Assembly: GCA_963778115.1 (NCBI GenBank)
Contig: CAVZSV010000004.1
Span: 1,280,001 to 1,344,000 of the forward strand
DNA: 64,000 nt
Source of the DNA: an uncultured delta proteobacterium
Lineage (GTDB): Bacteria; Bdellovibrionota; FAC87; UBA2466
Direction of reading: 5' to 3'
The translations under genes and the position numbers were made by a program. This document shows, one piece after another, positions 60,434 to 64,000 of the stretch. Numbering within the stretch: position 1 is the first letter of the stretch; every line of letters begins with the position of its first letter. Under the pieces are notes generated by a model. That model was not told where the DNA came from and searched no databases. It was given only the letters and a program-made list of their open reading frames with translations.

Positions 60434-61069
60434 TCAGACGCTCGTCAAAATTTCTGAGAACCGGGTAAGGTCTCGGCCGGGCGATTTCACTCCGCCAAAA
60501 CCATAACCGGCTCCGAAGAAGCGTACGCGAGCAGCATCGGCGCAAGCCATATCCACGGGATCATCTCCCACAAAACAGGCGTGCTGGGGTTCTATGCCAA
60601 TCAAACGCAACGTTTCCAAGAGATGTTGGGGGGCGGGCTTTTTCTGACTCACTCGCTCAGGCCCCATGATCGCATCGAACCTAATTTCAGGAAGGTAATA
60701 CGCTAACGTTTTATCGGCCACCCGTGAGGGCTTATTGGTCACTATGGCGAGCTTGGCCCCTTCGCGGGCTCGCAACTCGGCCAATCCCTCCTTGACGCCA
60801 GGGTAGAGGTGCCCCAAGCGGTGGGGGTGCTCAAAATAATAGTCTTGATACGCAATGGTTAGCCTTTCGACCTCGCTCTCGGGCTTTTCCGGGATGCAGT
60901 GGCGAATAAGGTGATCGGCCCCTTGCCCGATATAGCGTCGCGTCACCTGCTCGGAGATGGCCGGCAAGCCTTCACTCTCACGCACTACGTTCACCGCCCC
61001 CGCAATGTCGGGAAGGCTATAGACCAAAGTACCGTCCAAATCAAATAAGTAACCGAATTCAATAGACAT
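60434..61069 (-). CDS. HAD hydrolase, phosphoglycolate phosphatase-like
   Basis: FDLDGTL, VTNKP, KKPAP, VGDD. Confidence 0.88.
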   Translation of the reverse strand: MSIEFGYLFDLDGTLVYSLPDIAGAVNVVRESEGLPAISEQVTRRYIGQGADHLIRHCIPEKPESEVERLTIAYQDYYFEHPHRLGHLYPGVKEGLAELRAREGAKLAIVTNKPSRVADKTLAYYLPEIRFDAIMGPERVSQKKPAPQHLLETLRLIGIEPQHACFVGDDPVDMACADAARVRFFGAGYGFGGVKSPGRDLTRFSEILTSV

Positions 61070-61216
61070 TTACCCTCATCTTTACCCAGATGTTCCACTC
61101 CCCCTTAGGACGCAAAGCTTCCCCTTTATACAAAAAGTACTATATTTGTCACAGGTCGAAGTTTGTGCGCGTCTGTCACTATGAGAGTGAATCGGGAGAG
61201 AGGGAGATAATAAAAG

Positions 61217-61813
61217 TTGGATAACTTGTCCAAATGGATACAGCGGCTACGAAAGGGCGATCAGTCCGCCTTTCTCCCGCTTTATGAAAAGACGGCGCCA
61301 GGCCTGATGCGTTTTCTGCTTTGGAAGACCAACGGCGATAGGCCCCTCTCCGAGGATATTTTGCAGGAGTCTTACGTAAGATTTTTAGTGAATTTGGACC
61401 GAATCGAATCGGACCAAGAGTTGGCGGTGCAAGCGTACCTGCTTCGTATCGTAAAGCATTGTCTAATCGACAAAGCGGCGCGGACTCCCCAAGCCACCCG
61501 TCCCCATGTGTCGGTAGATGACATGTTGGAACTTGCCGATCCCGCCCAAACCTCTCGCCAGGAAATAGCGGTTGAGATGCGAGAGTTAGCCATCGCAATG
61601 GATTCGTTGAATGAAAAGGACTCTGAAATTATTTGGCTCCGAGATGGTCTCGGCCTTTCTCACCGGGAAGTAGCGACTCAAGTGGGAATTACCGAACAAG
61701 CTTCGCGCCAAGCCTATGTACGCGCCAAAAGGACCTTAATGACCGAACTTGCCGATCGATTTTTGCCCAATGTGGAAGACGGAGGAAGCTATGCAGCTCC
61801 TGAGTTGTCCTAA
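61217..61813 (+). CDS. ECF RNA polymerase sigma factor
   Basis: GDQSAF, SEDILQE (region 2); GLSHREVA...RAKRTL (region 4). Confidence 0.9.
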   Translation: MDNLSKWIQRLRKGDQSAFLPLYEKTAPGLMRFLLWKTNGDRPLSEDILQESYVRFLVNLDRIESDQELAVQAYLLRIVKHCLIDKAARTPQATRPHVSVDDMLELADPAQTSRQEIAVEMRELAIAMDSLNEKDSEIIWLRDGLGLSHREVATQVGITEQASRQAYVRAKRTLMTELADRFLPNVEDGGSYAAPELS

Positions 61814-62327
61814 GAACGAGGCCTTACTTGAGATGGTCTCCATTCCCAGGGAGCTCTCGGTGGCGCGGCGCCTTCGTAACAAGATCCATCTTTCCACTTG
61901 TGGAAAATGTCGCGAACAAACGCAAATTTTGGAACGTAAATGGGAGGCCTTTTTCTCTCCCGAACCCGAAGTGACCTCTTCCTTGCTTCGCGTCTACTCA
62001 CGACTCCAAAAAGATGAGACTCTTATCTTGAAGGGCTGGAAACTCAATAAGTCCCAACCCCGCCGAAATAATCCGATGGTATGGCTGGCCCAGGGCTGGC
62101 TGTTTAGAGGCGGTGTAGTTGCGGCACTTTTGGGTGTGATTACTCTGGTGCTTTGGGGCCGTTACGGAAATCTAGCAAACCTAGATCGCGGGAAAGAATT
62201 AAACAATGCCAGTGCGGCTATTCCTTTTGCTCAGATCCGAATGGAAGACAAGAACCGGATTAAAGTGCATTACATCCAGCCCGAACTTCTCCAAAGTATT
62301 GAATTCGAAACCACGAACGAAAAATGA
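61791..62327 (+). CDS. putative zinc-binding anti-sigma factor
   Basis: HLSTCGKC (HxxxCxxC) plus a single TM; GGAGG SD; overlaps the sigma stop. Confidence 0.75.
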   Translation: MQLLSCPKNEALLEMVSIPRELSVARRLRNKIHLSTCGKCREQTQILERKWEAFFSPEPEVTSSLLRVYSRLQKDETLILKGWKLNKSQPRRNNPMVWLAQGWLFRGGVVAALLGVITLVLWGRYGNLANLDRGKELNNASAAIPFAQIRMEDKNRIKVHYIQPELLQSIEFETTNEK

Positions 62328-63139
62328 AGGCTTTTAAACTACATCCCATTTTTGCCCTAGTCATCGCGGCCCATTCGTTGGCATTAGCCATTGCAATGGC
62401 AGAAGGAAATTCGCAGTTCATGTCGGCCATTCAGTTTGCCGTCCAGGAACCGACCCCTGAATTGCTGATGCGTTCTCAAGGGCTGGTTCGTCAGCAATTT
62501 ACGAAGAGCTTACAGAACTCTCCCGAGCTAGCGGCGGTTCCGTTTGAAATGAGAACTTTCGGCAACGAAGTGGTTTTTTATGTCATGACTCCCGATGATG
62601 TCGCGGTCCCCATGCAAGGGGCATTGGCTTCCATGATCCAGTCGCTTAATGGACGGGTGAGAAGCCGAGGACGATCTTCCTTTTATGCCACTCGCCCCAA
62701 CGAAGCGGTTGGCGGCTATTTAGAAACCGTCGTCAACGATACGCACACCCACGTGATGTCTATCAATGCACAATCGGTTCCGCTCAGAGATCTCTTGAAA
62801 CAGCTCAAAGGACAGCTTGGGGGATTAAGTTATGTCATCCCCGGTGATTGTGCTGAGAAACGAATCGACTGGAGTTTTGGGAGAGCCTCCGACGGGATGG
62901 CCGCGAAACCTAAGACCGTGGAAGCAGTCATGGACGAATTGGCGACAGCACTTAATCTTAAAGTGAAAAAAATAAACGATACGATGATCTTTAGCGGCCC
63001 CTGTGAAACGATTCCGGTAAGAAGAATGCCGGCTCCTCCGGCGGAACTTTTAACTACCGACTTTGCTCCTATCGGCCCTCCCACCGCTTATCCCCGCGCT
63101 CAACAGATTGTCTTTCCGGTAGTTCCTTTGGGCGAGTAA
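62324..63139 (+). CDS. secreted hypothetical protein with STN/secretin-N-like segment
   Basis: Signal peptide; MSINAQSVPLRDLLKQL...VEAVMDELATALNL; ATGA overlap. Confidence 0.6.
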   Translation: MKAFKLHPIFALVIAAHSLALAIAMAEGNSQFMSAIQFAVQEPTPELLMRSQGLVRQQFTKSLQNSPELAAVPFEMRTFGNEVVFYVMTPDDVAVPMQGALASMIQSLNGRVRSRGRSSFYATRPNEAVGGYLETVVNDTHTHVMSINAQSVPLRDLLKQLKGQLGGLSYVIPGDCAEKRIDWSFGRASDGMAAKPKTVEAVMDELATALNLKVKKINDTMIFSGPCETIPVRRMPAPPAELLTTDFAPIGPPTAYPRAQQIVFPVVPLGE

Positions 63140-63145
63140 GAAAAA

Positions 63146-64000
63146 TTATCGTACGTAGGCCATATCGTTATATTGCATGAGGCCGCTACAATACCAAGTC
63201 CCGTTGTTTTCGTTTTTTCTCATGTCATAACAAAAAGAGGCGTTTCGTGCCGCCACCCCTTCGAATGGACGATTACCCCCGTCCATATGAAAGCGGTGTC
63301 CCGGACTTTGAAACCATCCCGGGTTTACACAATTGCGAGCCGCTTCCATTAGGGAACCGGGGTTGGGCCAAGACTCCGACGCAATTTCACTCACAATCCC
63401 GCCGGCTCGGACATATCTGCCGTCGAAACCTTGATGACCTTGAATACCGGTCGACGCCATCAGTTCGGCGTGCTCGGTCACTTCCTTGCAAAGCCTGGGA
63501 TTCATCGCCGAAAGAGGACTCTTGGCCTGCGGGCTTTCCAGTACCGCCAAGGTCAGCGCCAATTGAGTATCGGTCATGTTGGGATTGGTCCTTTTCCATT
63601 CTTGGATCCAATCCAAAAGTTTCTCTCTCGTAAAATCGGGCCCCTGGGCTCTTTGAATCTTTGCGATCTCTTCATCAGAATCAAGAACGTCTTTTAATTC
63701 CTGCGCGAGTTCAGCGGGTGTCCTTCCTCCGGAGGAGGGCAGCGCTCGTCCTGCTGAAGAGACGGGTAATACGGGAACCGAAGCACTTCTGGGATTTGGC
63801 GCCGCCGAAGCGGGGCCCCCATGAGTTGCGTCATCACCTCCGCCTGAACCTGCTGGCGCCGGCTGCAACCCGCCGGATCCCACTTCCATCGATCCCAAAT
63901 TTGCGTGGGGAAAACTTCCCGCAAAATTCGACGGAAAGAACGGCTGAAAATTACGAAATTGATTTGGCCAAAATAAGAAGCGCGGTGTGAAGCGGAATGA
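63146..64000 (-). CDS. CAP (SCP/PR-1) domain protein, 5'-truncated by window edge
   Basis: HAELMA...GHQGF...SEIA...WFQSPGH; frame open to the window end. Confidence 0.75.
   Translation of the reverse strand, partial: SFRFTPRFLFWPNQFRNFQPFFPSNFAGSFPHANLGSMEVGSGGLQPAPAGSGGGDDATHGGPASAAPNPRSASVPVLPVSSAGRALPSSGGRTPAELAQELKDVLDSDEEIAKIQRAQGPDFTREKLLDWIQEWKRTNPNMTDTQLALTLAVLESPQAKSPLSAMNPRLCKEVTEHAELMASTGIQGHQGFDGRYVRAGGIVSEIASESWPNPGSLMEAARNCVNPGWFQSPGHRFHMDGGNRPFEGVAARNASFCYDMRKNENNGTWYCSGLMQYNDMAYVR

Noticed and set aside
1..64000. tRNA, rRNA, prophage or cas genes
   Set aside because: None recognised by eye; tRNAscan/Infernal were not run

Overview
Gene-dense bacterial window of roughly 50% GC (estimated by eye). 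The many secreted orphan proteins, the DUF1501/DUF1588-type cluster and the heme-porin cluster suggest a Bdellovibrionota/Oligoflexia-like organism (inference). Recognisable genes: delta-9-type fatty-acid desaturase, DTW tRNA modifier, RecQ, Gcr-family membrane protein, MutH/Sau3AI-like nuclease, TolC-MacA-MacB, orphan histidine kinase, MRJP/yellow protein, CapA fusion, Cu P1B-ATPase, cytochrome/YceI/porin cluster, TetR, flavodoxin-fusion-eutBCA operon, ParB-like protein, hydrolases, amino-acid ABC transporter, sigma54 activator, NDH-2, ABC-F, rlmN, a HAD phosphatase, ECF sigma/anti-sigma and a CAP protein. Main discovery: a ~0.84 kb internally deleted IS1111-type (IS110 family) element at 36310-37155. 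It keeps both sub-terminal inverted repeats and a 3' non-coding RNA whose two internal loops carry four guide segments matching its own target site and its own circle junction, i.e. a readable bridge/seek RNA aimed at a REP-like sequence. Other highlights: a papain homologue with Cys->Thr at the nucleophile, a flavodoxin fused to an unknown domain heading eutBCA, a stand-alone HisKA-like mini-protein, a secreted JAB-like protein and a REP-like palindrome family. Four genes carry single-base lesions, probably assembly errors. All family calls come from motif recognition by eye; no searches were run.
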